From: Phoronis australis
Taxonomy: Eukaryota > Animalia > Phoronida
Reading direction: 5' to 3'
Length of the DNA stretch: 64,000 nt
NCBI GenBank assembly: GCA_002633005.1
Contig: NMRA01000771.1
Location: 93,104-157,103, forward strand
Positions within the stretch are counted from its first letter, which is position 1. Each line of letters opens with the position of its first letter. Shown here piece after piece: positions 13,263 through 25,680 of the stretch. The position numbers and the translations under genes were made by a program. Under the pieces are notes generated by a model. The model saw only the letters and a list, made by a program, of their open reading frames with translations, ran no database searches and was not told where the DNA came from.

Positions 13263-14117
13263 GGCAGGTTGATGTTGCAGGAGTCGCAAAAATCCCAAGG
13301 TGTTGAACTCGACCACCACCTTTTACTATGTAAGCTAGCGAACCCTTACGTGTTGCCAGCCGACTAGAGTGACATCTTTCGTGAGGAGATATGTTGACAC
13401 AAAAACCCTCATCCTAAGGAACCCATATAATACTGTTCGGGGCGCGCGGGCTGGGAAGGGGGGAGGGGGGGGGTCGGTTGCTTTAGAGGCAGTACATGTC
13501 TGGATTTGCAACGGAAGTGGCTTTTGGAGGTGGTGGCTGATGCTGATGATGTAACGACGTCGGTGTACGACGTATAAAAACCAACTGAATGATATAAGAG
13601 TTATATTAACCAAAGTAGGCTATTCGGCATTGAAGCAAACGACATCCAAGTGACTAAAACACATACAAGAAAACTATTTATACACGCTAAGGATATACGT
13701 CATAGCGACACGTGATTAACAGTCATACATTTAAGTGCTACCGCAAACATCTGGTAGAAATTCAATACATGACAGATCGGAGAGGAGCACTGGTCCCGGG
13801 GTTGTTTTGAGAGCAGACCGTTCAAACTGAGCTTCAGTCGGTATGTTTTCGGGGTTATTTGTCGCAACATATATAGCAGTCTTGGTAAAATCTTCAAATG
13901 TCTTGGAAAAGTCTTCAAATGAATTTTAATTCAGTTGACTTAAAAGCCAAAAATGTAAAAACACCAAAGAGTTATAACTGGTATAATACCCTTTGCATGA
14001 GTTGGAGACATTAATTATCGTAAAGTGTTTTTCAAAGTCGGCTCATGAGCACACACTCGTCGGTAATGGTGGGGCTCTTACATTTAGCCTACAGTCAACG
14101 AAATAAAGGAAATTCAG

Positions 14118-14240
14118 CAGGGGCGGATCTACGTTTTCAGTAAGGGGGGGGGGTTTAGGATTCCCGCAAAGGTCGAATCCGAGGCACGTGGCGCCGAGAG
14201 GGGGGAGGTCGGGAGGGGGGTTTCCCCCTCCGTGTAAGAC
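14118..14240 (+). mobile_element. hAT-like MITE terminus (CAGGGGCGGATC type)
   Basis: CAGGGGCGGATCTACGTTTTCAGTAAGGGGGG...TTTAGGATTCCCG recurs in reverse orientation at 33973-34018. Confidence 0.55.
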
Positions 14241-15519
14241 CATTTTTTTGTTTTGTAGCCAAATAGTGAAATTTCCATGCATCCTGGTAAGTTTCTGGCA
14301 CTAATATCATGTCTCTTGAGTTTTTCTTAAGATAATTTAAAACCCTTCTCGATTTCGTCGCATGAACGTGGCTCACAAGTTTCGTGAATCCATATTTGTG
14401 CACATCTGGGTATGAATCACGCCACCAGCAAAAATTTTTGTTGGAAAATCTGCTTATACACACCTTTTTAGCATACGAAAAGTCGTATATGAAAAAGTGT
14501 GGTGTGTGTGGGGGGTTAGACAACTACCAAATATTCAAGAGCATAAGGAGCACCCGACGGGGAGTAAAACATTGAATATCAGATGATCGCGTAACAGCAG
14601 CCTTAAGTTGTTTAAGAACGAAGACCTGTACTGTTAGTCTGGAAATAAGCATGTGTTCTGTCTAATTATGAGAAAAACTGGCAAACGATGGTGCTCTCAG
14701 CTCATAGTATATTATTAAAAGCGACAATAAACAATTAGGTATCACTTCATTAAGCTGAATCACGTTGACCACAATTGAAAAACGTCAAATGTATCTGGAA
14801 ACGAATCAGCTGAAAACAGTTTCAAGAAACCAAAACATTCTGTACATCGTGGTGAAAATATAAACAGGACCAGTTCGCAGAGGGACCAGATGTACACTGA
14901 GAGTACACAAAAAGGCCTGGTCCGTCACGAGACCAAAAGTACACCTGTGCTTATTATCCCTATAAACATAGTTGATCTGTGGCGGGACCAAACAGTACTG
15001 GCTGAGATAGATAGTTTTACAAAGCACACTTTGGTAAAAAAACATCACAAGACTAGTTCGCCGAGGAACCAGAAGTACACTGAAACTCACTATCTACACA
15101 AATCAAGCTGGCCTGGTCCCTCGCGAGACCTAAAGTGTACTATGCAAAAAAGTTTGAATTGAAAACTTCTCTCTAGACACTTTTTAATGCCCAGTGGTTG
15201 CTCATACATGTATTTTATACATCTGGTCGTCAACTGCTGCGAGAGGTTGTCTAGGAAGGGTTTTCGCACCGCTCTGTAGTACTCACTGGAAGAAACAAGT
15301 ATTGAGAACAAATTTAACTACGCACTACGTGAAATCAATTTTGGATATGAAGCAGATAGAGCCAAGTGGAAATACAAACCAGAATCAGTTTTTGTGCGCT
15401 CGTAGACCCTCTGCTGTATTGGGTAAATTTGGCATGACCAAAAATAATTTCTATTTCGTTTTCATTGTACACAAGTATAAAAACCGACATTATGTACAAA
15501 CTGTGTAGAATCATAACTT

Positions 15520-15830
15520 ATTACGTAGGTATTTCTCCAGGAACGTTAGTCCTATCCTGCTGTTGTGTGGACTGCCGAGGAATCGGTATATCGGATCCAA
15601 TGGTTTGCTGCTCTTGGAACCATTCTACCCAGACATCTTCGACGTTTGTTCCCAACGCTTGCACTTCGTCAACTGCTGTGTCAATGAGCTTGTACGCCTC
15701 TACAATGTCAGCATCTCGTTTCGCAGCTCAGTTGGCACTAAGCCCCCTGAGGTTACCAAGTCCATTCAAAAGACTTACAGCATGCGCAACTAAATTTGAT
15801 CCGTTCCTCATGGACTACTTCAAACCTTGA
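15520..15830 (-). pseudogene. hAT transposase relic (THAP12/ZMYM1-like region)
   Basis: Manual translation gives LRGLSAN*AAKRDADIVEAYKLIDTAVDEVQALGTNVEDVWVEWF...IPRQSTQQQDRTNVP, resembling the LS..LQ...D...A...I and PR...Q..R.N.P segments of hAT transposases. Confidence 0.55.
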
Positions 15831-16789
15831 CGATGTATCCCAGGACCCATTTGCATCTCGTGCAATTTTCGAAATAAACGTCCCAGTGTCTGAACGCTGG
15901 AAACCCGAAGTACAAACATCAAATAAATGCCCATGAGCATGGGCGTTTCGTCGGTTGGGCCTTTCTGCGGAAATTCCCAGTATAGAAAACGGCAGTGGTG
16001 CTTATTGCAGGTAGAAAGACGGTAGGTGTTGAGGTCGGCACTAGGGCTCCTTAGGAGGCCCATTGAACATCGCACGAGTCCCGCAAGACTTTGTTGTGAA
16101 AATACAGGCTCCCCGCAATTTCTGGTACTGCAAACTGTTCGCGAATGCGGTCACTTTGTCAATGTGAGTGCCCCCTTGGTCATTTCTTGTATAGACAAAA
16201 CTTGTTAGAGTGCATCTTCAAACAGACTCGCGACCAGACCACGGCGCCCGCCACAATAGCAANGTCCCGCAAGACTTTGTTGTGAAAATACAGGCTCCCC
16301 GCAATTTCTGGTACTGTAAACTGTTCGCGAATGCGGTCACAATGCGGTTGAGTGCCCCCTTGGTCATTCCTTGTATAGACAAAACTTGTTAGAGTGCATC
16401 TTCAAACAGACTCGCGACCAGACCACGGCGCCCGCCACAATAGCAATTCTTCGGAAAACGAGTTTTTTTCAAAAGTATTACATGTACATGTACACCGTAT
16501 GATATTGCGCAAGACAACTTTACTGTACACCACTCAAATTCGAGTTTCAAACGTGTGGGGTGTAATACGATGACAAGGCATGGCAGAATAGAATTCATGA
16601 AGTCATTAGTTTCACTCATAAGGCCGCAAGAATAGACGAAACAGAATCGACTAAACAGCATTGAATTCAGTAAAAATATACAAAACAGCATTGAGTTCAC
16701 GATATGGAATCGACGAATGCACAAGATAGGATTGAATTGTCATACAGTTGGCAAAAGGAGTTCATTAAATGGAATTGAATACACATTTT

Positions 16790-18130
16790 GATGTTTTTTG
16801 CATAACTAACTTTTGTCTAACTTTGCCAGGCCTTGAAGAATTGCCTCTGTAGCCCTTTAGCTGCCATTTTTCCTGTTTATTCCTAATAGGAGAATCAAAG
16901 CGACAAAATAGCAATCTTGTAGTCTACGAATGAGTCGTTGGGAGACGAATTGTGTGTCCTAAGAACCACTGTGCGTTATTTTCTTCTTAAATTGCTTAGT
17001 TTCAGTGTGGACATTCATTAGGCCTACATTCTAATGTCGTGTGCTCAAAAGATTGCAAGGACATGGGATTATGGATCGTAGGCTAGGTATAGCTCCACCA
17101 GTATAGAGCGTGAGCTCATTTTTGAAAGACACACTTCATTAAGACGGGGTGCCCAGATTACTAGACATTCTGCAAGATTGATAATCACAATGTTCGAACA
17201 TCAGCCCACATATTAACGTCAATGCCCTTCGCACACACCATACTCTCAGGTATTCTTTATAGTCGGTGCTATCTTTTTCACAAGTTTGACATCTTCAGTA
17301 ATTAAGTATATATTAGTTGTACGATATTTTAGTCAGATAAAGGTTCGCTCAGATACAAATTGTGTGGTCTAAGGAACCACAGTTGCCATTTCCATTTTTG
17401 TATTAACTAACTTTTGTTTAACTTTGCCAGGCCTTGAAGAATTGCCTCTTAGTTGGGTCGTTGGGAGACGATTTGTGTATCCCAAGAACCACTTTGCGTT
17501 TCTTTTTTATTTCCCTTCAGTCTGCGCATTCACTATGATATTCTAAAATTGTGGACTCAGAAATGGGGACGTTGACTGTAAGCTACTAGGTATAGTCCCA
17601 TCATTAAATAGGAGCACGTGCTCATATAAGCTGACGTTTTGAAAAAGACTTTCCTGCAAATGCCGGTATCGATGACTTACATTCGTTATAATTCATTGAT
17701 GTATGGATTGATTTTGCCGTTTTGTCTATGCTCAGAAAAATTCTAATGATTGGGTGTTATCTTTTCATGCGCGCACCCAGGGGGTGGGGGGGGGGNNNNN
17801 NNNCCCCCCATTTGGCGAAGTGGGCAAGAACGTCCGCCTCTGAGAAACAAAAAGTGAGATAAAAGTCCACTAAACAAGCACAAACGCGCAATTTACGGTG
17901 TGGTGCCCCCGTTTTTTTTTTGTTTTTAGTCCACCCGCTTTTTTGTTACCAAAAGGTCCACATCGTCAGGAATCGGATTCTGAAGGCTGGGTGCGCGCAT
18001 GCTTTTCCCACACGTTTGACATCTTAAATAGACTATTAGATGCACAAGGTCCTCTGCATTCAGAATAAAAGGTTCACTGAGACACAAATTCTGTGATCTA
18101 AGGAACCTCAGTTGTCATTTCCATTTTTTG
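16790..18130. repeat. diverged ~600 bp tandem duplication
   Basis: TAACTAACTTTTGT.TAACTTTGCCAGGCCTTGAAGAATTGCCTCT occurs at ~16803 and ~17404. ATAAA.GGTTC.CT.AGA.ACAAATT occurs at ~17336 and ~18065. Confidence 0.7.
17766..18001. mobile_element. MITE with 15 bp TIR and 5 bp TSD
   Basis: CATGCGCGCACCCAG ... CTGGGTGCGCGCATG flanked by CTTTT on both sides. The paralogous site at ~17270 is empty. Confidence 0.8.
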
Positions 18131-18133
18131 AAT

Positions 18134-18323
18134 CAGTGGCGGATCTACGGGGGGGGGGNGGGTTCACTCTGAAAATATATTTTTTGCATTGTGAATTGCT
18201 GTTATGAAAATCAACGCGTTTCGAGTCTTCGTGGCTCATCGACAAAACCCCGGAGATCAATTGTGCGCGCGCTTCCGACGACACTTCTGAAGTAGCCAAG
18301 CATTTTAGATGGATCCACCGCTG
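18134..18323. mobile_element. hAT-like MITE
   Basis: Imperfect TIRs CAGTGGCGGATC ... GATCCACCGCTG with a poly-G tract inside the left end. Confidence 0.55.
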
Positions 18324-18866
18324 AAAGAGCAGCTCTATAGCTGATTTCTTTAGATAACTAGCTTCTTTACTCTAAGATATGTTTTGATTTGATTAGGGAA
18401 ATACTGTGGTGCCCCCAACCCTGATATTCAGGCGAATTGACGTGCAACGTTTTTACCTCATCTCAACGCCAGAAATTTGTAACATGCACTACTGCGCATG
18501 CGCTAAATCTTGCCAGCAGCCCTCCATAAGAAATACACAAGAGCAGGCTATATAATCAGGAATTTATAAGCGAGGGGAGATAACTGCACAATTTGCCGAT
18601 AGCCTGTCGCATAGAGTGTATGTTAAGATTTGTTACTGCCAAATATCAGCGTCATTGGCGAAAATTTTTCCACGTCTCTTGAAGTTTGAAGTTTGCCCCA
18701 TTCAGGCCTATGTTAACGATCGTCCGGATCTAGCCCATATTTGAGCGTATAGCTCATTTTGAAGTCAAGTTTGTGGCTGAATTCATTTTGCCATCGGATT
18801 TGCCGATAGCGGAGGTGATTACCAGGAGTACTTAGAGGTTGCTGGTCCAAATTTCATGCTGTTTTT

Positions 18867-19136
18867 TGTATGAAAACCTCTTTCAAACACAACTCTGTGT
18901 TACGGTTTTACGTGGGTTTATTCTAGAGATCTACAAGATACATCTATTCACTATGCTGTCTAACTCTCAACTGTAAACTTGTTTGCCAGAACTAAAGATC
19001 ATATATGCTCATGAGTCATAATCAGATTTCAGAGAATTGTTTTGTACATCTTACACAATCTATGATTCTAGCTACTAGTGCCATATAAGGTTATGTTTTG
19101 GACTCTGCAAGTTGAATGAAAACCACGAACATAACA
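18867..19136 (-). repeat. 3' LTR of Gypsy-1 (270 bp)
   Basis: Appears identical to 24368-24635 apart from a 2 bp AT indel near 19001. Confidence 0.97.
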
Positions 19137-19149
19137 TCCTCCCTTCTCT
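19137..19149 (-). promoter_or_regulatory. polypurine tract of Gypsy-1
   Basis: AGAGAAGGGAGGA on the minus strand directly abuts the 3' LTR. Confidence 0.9.
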
Positions 19150-19560
19150 GAAAGTTCTTACTCATGGTCCAGTGTTTATATCTAAAGTTCTCCAGTCTGT
19201 CTTCAGGCACAGTGCATGTCATGCAGTGGTGTCTAATTAAGTTAATAGAAAACAGATGTCTTCAGTTTATCATAAGACACAAATTACAGCATAGTAACAA
19301 ATTAGTGTAAACAGTCTGCTTAGTTCAGTTAAGTGATAGTGTCAGTGTTCTGGAATCAAAACAAACACAAGCTGCTAGTGGATCATCGTAGTAAACAGTT
19401 CTGTAGTAAATAACTTCTATGGGTCATCCAGTCAACTCTGGGTGGACTATCAGAGTGACAAGAACAAACAGTGATTGGTATTATTCTGACCAATTTCCTC
19501 ACTGTGTGTATCTCACAGGTGGTTTAATCACTCTCCCAGATCTGGTTGTCACAGGCTGGT

Positions 19561-20323
19561 NNNNNNNNNNNNNNNNNNNNNNNNNNNNNNNNNNNNNNNN
19601 NNNNNNNNNNNNNNNNNNNNNNNNNNNNNNNNNNNNNNNNNNNNNNNNNNNNNNNNNNNNNNNNNNNNNNNNNNNNNNNNNNNNNNNNNNNNNNNNNNNN
19701 NNNNNNNNNNNNNNNNNNNNNNNNNNNNNNNNNNNNNNNNNNNNNNNNNNNNNNNNNNNNNNNNNNNNNNNNNNNNNNNNNNNNNNNNNNNNNNNNNNNN
19801 NNNNNNNNNNNNNNNNNNNNNNNNNNNNNNNNNNNNNNNNNNNNNNNNNNNNNNNNNNNNNNNNNNNNNNNNNNNNNNNNNNNNNNNNNNNNNNNNNNNN
19901 NNNNNNNNNNNNNNNNNNNNNNNNNNNNNNNNNNNNNNNNNNNNNNNNNNNNNNNNNNNNNNNNNNNNNNNNNNNNNNNNNNNNNNNNNNNNNNNNNNNN
20001 NNNNNNNNNNNNNNNNNNNNNNNNNNNNNNNNNNNNNNNNNNNNNNNNNNNNNNNNNNNNNNNNNNNNNNNNNNNNNNNNNNNNNNNNNNNNNNNNNNNN
20101 NNNNNNNNNNNNNNNNNNNNNNNNNNNNNNNNNNNNNNNNNNNNNNNNNNNNNNNNNNNNNNNNNNNNNNNNNNNNNNNNNNNNNNNNNNNNNNNNNNNN
20201 NNNNNNNNNNNNNNNNNNNNNNNNNNNNNNNNNNNNNNNNNNNNNNNNNNNNNNNNNNNNNNNNNNNNNNNNNNNNNNNNNNNNNNNNNNNNNNNNNNNN
20301 NNNNNNNNNNNNNNNNNNNNNNN
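19561..20323. other. assembly gap, probably spurious
   Basis: N run whose left flank (19430-19560) is repeated immediately to its right (20324-20454). Confidence 0.9.
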
Positions 20324-20392
20324 AGTCAACTCTGGGTGGACTATCAGAGTGACAAGAACAAACAGTGATTGGTATTATTCTGACCAATTTCC

Positions 20393-23300
20393 TCACTGTG
20401 TGTATCTCACAGGTGGTTTAATCACTCTCCCAGATCTGGTTGTCACAGGCTGGTCAGGTCTTGCTTCACTTTTGATGGTGTGTGGGTCGGAGCCTTCTTT
20501 GACAGATTTTTCAGCAACCATGTGTTCCGGTTTGTAGACTGCAGGCTCGGCCTGTCTGACTTCTTTTGCTGGCTTTATATGTTGGCGATTTCGGCGAACA
20601 ACACTTGTCGGGGTTTCAATAGAGTACGATCGCTCGTCAAGCCGTTTCAAAACAGTACCTTTGGTCCATTCTTTCTGACCAAGTGTAAAGGGTTGCAATC
20701 GCACAGAATCTCCCTCTTCCAAAACAGGCAACTCTTTTGCGGATTTGTTGTAATAGTGCGCTTGTTTGTGTTGTTGACGCTTCAGGTCGCGATCTGTGTG
20801 CTTTTGACTAACTACTTCAGGTTTGAGTAATGAAGTGGCTGTGGGCAGCAATGTCTTGGTACCATCTACTCATCCATCAAGCGTTGTGCGGGACTAGATA
20901 ACAAACCTTGGGTAGGAGTGTTTCTGTGATCTAGCATAGCTAAATAAACATCACTACCGGAATCTTTACATTTCCTGAATATACGCTTGGCAGTTTTCAC
21001 GGCAGACTCTGCTTTACCGTTGGCTTTACTGTTGCCAGGACTGCTTGTTGCGTGAACAATATCCTATGATTTGCAAAATCTTACAAAATCATGGCACGAA
21101 TATTGCGGACCATTGTCGGACACGATGGTATCTGGAATACCATGTCGCGAGAAGTGTGCTTTGAGCTTCTCAATTACAGCTGTTGCGCTCGTGCTGTAAA
21201 GTCGATCTACTTCCCAGAAATTACTGTAATAGTCAACAACTATCAAATATTCTCTGCCATTGAATGTGAATAAATCTGTTCCAACTTTAGCCCATGGTCT
21301 GTCAGGTAAATCATGGCTCATCAATGGTTCTGGGGGGTTTGCCGTCTCGAATTTTCTGCATGTGTCGCAGCCAGAGATGTAGTCTCTTATCTCTGCTGTC
21401 ATATTCGGCCAGTAGATAGATTCTCTTGCCCGTCTCAGGCATCCATCTATTCCAAGATGTGAGGAGTGAATCTTTTCTTTGAGTATACGCCTTTGGCTGG
21501 CTGGCACCACAACGCGTTCACCTCTAAAAATTATACCATCATGTATAGCTAGCTCATCTCTGATAGAGAAATACGGTTGCGCCAGTGGTGATACTCGTGC
21601 CTTTTCGTCAGGCCAGCCTTCTTGGATGACTGATTTCAAAACAGTCAAACTTTGATCGGCCTCTGTTGCTCTTCTGATTGCTTCCAGTCGTGAATCAGTT
21701 ATTGCGACGAACTGTGTGGCATTCACACATTCAAACTCATTTTTGTTGTGCCCCTCTGTTGTAGGCATATAGGCTCTAGATAAAGTATCAGCGAGATACA
21801 TTTGCTTCCCTTGGCAGTATGTTACCACTAGATCATACTTTTGTAGTCGCATCATCATGCCTTGAAGTCGCTTCGGTGCACAGGCAAGGCTTTTCTTCAT
21901 GATGCTTTCAAGTGGTTTATGATCGCTGATCACATGGGTCGTTCTCCCAAACGTGTACTGGTGGAATTTCTCCACACTCCAGGTTATCGCGAGCATTTCT
22001 TTCTCTAGTTGGGCATAGCGCGTTTCTACGTCACTCAATGCTCTGCTCACAAATGCTAGCGGCTGACCCTCTTGAAGCAGTGCCGCTCCAAGTCCAGTCT
22101 TACTAGCGTCGCACTGGATCGAAAGCTCTTTCGCTGGGTCATAAAATCTCAGTACAGGTGCCTCTGACACAAGTTTCTTCACTTGCGTGAGTGCACTTTC
22201 TTGTGCGTCGGACCACGTCCACGGCACATTCTTGCGTGTCAACTGCCTAATAGGTTCCATCACATCTGACAGTCTAGGTAGGAATTTAGCAAGGTAATTC
22301 ACAAATCCATTCAGTCGTCTAATGCCTTCAATATCGGTTGGTCTTGGCATTTCTTGTACTGCTGTCACTTTCGCAGGGTCAGGCTTCAGACCATCTTGTG
22401 TGACCATGTGTCCAAGAAAAGGTACTGACTTTTGTCGTATTCGCATTTTAGCTCGGTTGAGACGTATTCCAACTTCTCTGCACCGCTGAAATAGTTTTTC
22501 AAGCTTGTTGTCATGGTCCTTAGTGGCTTCTTCGTCGTTGTTGCCGGATCCAAAAATCATCAGGTCATCCGCAACGCATACAACTCCTGGCAAGTCACCA
22601 ACGCAGCTATACAGACGCTTTGCGAACAATTCGCTGCTGACATTTGTACCAAATGGAAGACGTAACCATCGAAATCTACCAAACGGTGTACCAAACGTTG
22701 TCAGGTAAGAAGATTCCTCATCAAGCACCACATGCCAATAGCCGGATTTCAGGTCAACAGTCGAGATAATTCTTGCTTTCGTCAGCTCTGGCAAAACATC
22801 ATCAAGGGTAGGTAAGTAGAAGTGTTCTCTTTTCAGAGCCTTGTTCAAGGGTCGGGGATCTATGCATATTCTGAGATCGCCTGATTTCTTTGTCGCTACC
22901 ACGAGACTGCTTACCCAATCGGTTGGCTTATTCACGGGCGCTAGTACCTTTTGCTCGGTCAGCTTATCTAATTCCAGTTTTAATTTAGGCTTCAACATTG
23001 CTGGAAGGCGTCTGGCAGGCATAACAACTGGAGTTACGGCAGCATCAACTTCCAGGTGTACCACACCAGGTAGTGTTCCAATATCATCATTGAAAATGTC
23101 TGCATATTTCTCAAGCAGATCGCCACGGTTCTCAATGCTACACATATTTTCACTATTCACAGTGATCAGACCCATCTGTTTGCATGCGTCGGCTCCTAGA
23201 ATGGGCGTCAAATTCTCTGACATCACACAGAATTCGAAGTTGTAGCATCTACCATTGGCAGGATTCTCAATTTTGGCTGTACCCTCTCCTAATGGTTTGA

Positions 23301-24282
23301 TTCCTTCTGAACCGCACCACCCGAATAGCTTCTTCGTTGGGGGCTTTAGCCTCATTTTAGGGACATACTTAGCAGGGATTGCATTCACTGATGCACCACA
23401 ATCTATTTGAAAGCGAATATTCTGTCCGTTCACTTTCATTGTCGCATAGATTAGCTTATCAGACTCGACAGCATTTACGTTAACGGAGTTGAGATAGCCA
23501 TCATCACTGTCTTCACCAACAGTGTTCACATTGCGTTTAGGTTTTCTCTTACAAACAGCCGCAAAGTGATTTCGGTTGCCGCATGCTTTGCAGGTTTGTC
23601 CATAAGCCGGACACAATTCTTTGCTCATAGCATGCATTTTGGCACAGAACTGACATTTCTTAATGTTCCTAGCATTCTGCACTTTCTTAGGCTTAGTGCG
23701 CTTAACTGTGTGGACCTCATTCGCATGTGACATTGATTTCAACCTGGCAGCCGTTGCCTCAGTAGCTCTGCACATGTCAATGCACTTGGTCAGGCTCAAA
23801 TCCTGAACCTCTAACAAAGTTTTTCTCAGTTCATCATTGTCAATGCCCGTTACAATTCTGTCTCTGAGCAGGGTGTCTTTCATGCAGTCGCAGAATTGAC
23901 AGTTGCGCTGCAAATGTCGTAGGTTTGTCAAGAAAACATCAAAGGACTCACCTTGCTGCTTCAAAGAGTTGAACAAATACCTTTCATATGTGACGTTGGT
24001 CTGTCCAATGATGTAGTCATCAAAGCGTGTAATGGTTGTTGCAACAGTCTTCTCACCATCGAATGTGAAGCCGTTGTAAATTCTCAGAGCGTCCGTGCCA
24101 ATGCAGTTTAAAAACATTGCCAGTTTATACTCTTCAGGTTGTCCATCGAGCTTTGACAAAAGGGCATAATTAGTCCACTGTTGCCTCCACAGTTCCCACT
24201 GTCCGATTCTGTCAGCGGCGGACAAATCCAGTGTCTGTGGTGGTTTGATTGCGGGTAGGAATTTGTCAGTTCCCTCAGCCAT
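20393..24282 (-). pseudogene. Gypsy-1 gag-pol polyprotein, inactivated in integrase
   Basis: Start MAEGTDKF at 24282, Gag zinc knuckle (CKACGNRNHFAAVC), protease IDCGA, RT VADD, RNase H CDAS, and integrase HSSH..CDTC, DLF, SDNG. A TAG at 21064 lies before the catalytic E region (KAESAVK), and a frameshift occurs near 20860-20875. Confidence 0.93.
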
Positions 24283-24356
24283 GTCAGTATCGGTGTAGAA
24301 TGTCTCCAACACTATAATCAGTGTTCCACTGGCTTTAACTCTAAAACCAATGAGTT

Positions 24357-24367
24357 CGCTGCCACCA
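24357..24367 (-). promoter_or_regulatory. primer-binding site of Gypsy-1 (tRNA-Leu-like)
   Basis: TGGTGGCAGCG immediately inside the 5' LTR. Confidence 0.8.
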
Positions 24368-24635
24368 TGTATGAAAACCTCTTTCAAACACAACTCTGTG
24401 TTACGGTTTTACGTGGGTTTATTCTAGAGATCTACAAGATACATCTATTCACTATGCTGTCTAACTCTCAACTGTAAACTTGTTTGCCAGAACTAAAGAT
24501 CATATGCTCATGAGTCATAATCAGATTTCAGAGAATTGTTTTGTACATCTTACACAATCTATGATTCTAGCTACTAGTGCCATATAAGGTTATGTTTTGG
24601 ACTCTGCAAGTTGAATGAAAACCACGAACATAACA
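24368..24635 (-). repeat. 5' LTR of Gypsy-1 (268 bp)
   Basis: Direct repeat of 18867-19136. Confidence 0.97.
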
Positions 24636-25446
24636 TTTTTCGAAAATTTTTCCACGTCTTGTGTTCAGAAAATGGATCCACGTACAGTGCTGTGAGATTA
24701 AATGTATGGAATTTGCACTCTGTATAGATGAGAGATTACCTCAGAATCGGTAAGAAACTGCTATGTTCATTTTCTCATCCGGTATGAGTTTAGAAATACT
24801 TTCGAAGTTTGAAAAAAGTCGGATTTTATACAGTTTTATGCAGGTTTTTCGCCTGTGAGTTTAGTTGATACTGGTTATCTTCAAAATGTTGTTTCGTCTT
24901 ATTTTAATACTGTTACATTGGAGTGGGTTCCGGACACAAGTATGTATTGGCAAACATCTGAAGATTAATAAAAAGCGCTTTGGCAGCCCGCTTAGGCTGC
25001 ATGAAGCACACGCCGGCTGCCTGGTGTTCAATTCACTTTTGTTGTGCTTATGTGTAGGCGTAGAGCTGTGACCCCAATGACCCAGCTAGCACTGTCATAC
25101 TGTAGACTGTGGCGTTCCAGAAATTCCAAAGACTGTTATTGTAAACTTGACAAGTATTGCTCTGCAGACTATATTGACTTAAGTGGAGCTCACGGTACTG
25201 GCGCCCAAGCTTCCTGACCTTTAACCTTACTATGCGTTGTTACGATTGGTTAGGGACATGGCGCAAAGCGTCACCTAGGGGATCAAGAATGTTTCAAATT
25301 TCTGGCATTGTCTTGAATTCAGTCATATTTTGTTAGCCTATGGACGAGACCAATGTGTCGCATGTGCGCATGCGTTTGAGCTCCCGCCTTTGTCATTGCA
25401 TAAATTAATTCTGCTGTCAAAAGCGAAGCAAGAATTGTTTCTGACA

Positions 25447-25680
25447 ATGTCACAGAGAGAACTGCTGTCAAATATCATTGGTGTTTTGACCGATGCAGTT
25501 GACCAGCTGCAAAATGTGAATAACCAGCCTAATACACGATCCCCGACCCAGCGGATTCTGGTTGCTACTTCGGCACTGAGTGACACTACGACCGCAAACT
25601 TAGCGTCAACTGATGTGAGACCCACCCGTGCCTCCGGCCCCGCCGTTGTTTCAGGCACTGCAGGTGCACCGGGCAACAGG
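25447..25680 (+). CDS. candidate orphan first exon of unknown product
   Basis: An ATG-initiated 78-codon frame (MSQRELLSNIIGVLTDAVDQLQ...) ends exactly at AGG|GTGAGT, with a TGCGCATGCG motif just upstream. No downstream exon was identified. Confidence 0.3.

Larger units (their letters stand above)
18867..24635 (-). mobile_element. full-length Ty3/Gypsy LTR retrotransposon (Gypsy-1)
   Basis: Two TG...CA LTRs, TTTTT target-site duplication (18862-18866 and 24636-24640), PBS, PPT, and a single gag-pol frame in PR-RT-RH-IN order. Confidence 0.97.

Noticed and set aside
13438-13475. G-quadruplex-like tract upstream of FMO
   Set aside because: Poly-G tracts occur in several MITEs in this window, and nothing supports a specific regulatory role.
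16075-16445. Apparent ~185 bp tandem duplication
   Set aside because: The two copies are separated by a single N (16263), the signature of an unmerged contig overlap. The same applies at 36471, 37948, 46221, 49617, 51825, 54772, 55709 and 59316.
19419-20537. Long ORFs spanning the N gap
   Set aside because: They are made of X residues. The flanks are the same ~130 bp duplicated, so these are assembly artefacts.
24283-24393. N-terminal extension of the 1109 aa ORF
   Set aside because: It starts at a non-ATG codon inside the LTR and crosses the PBS. The likely start is ATG 24282.
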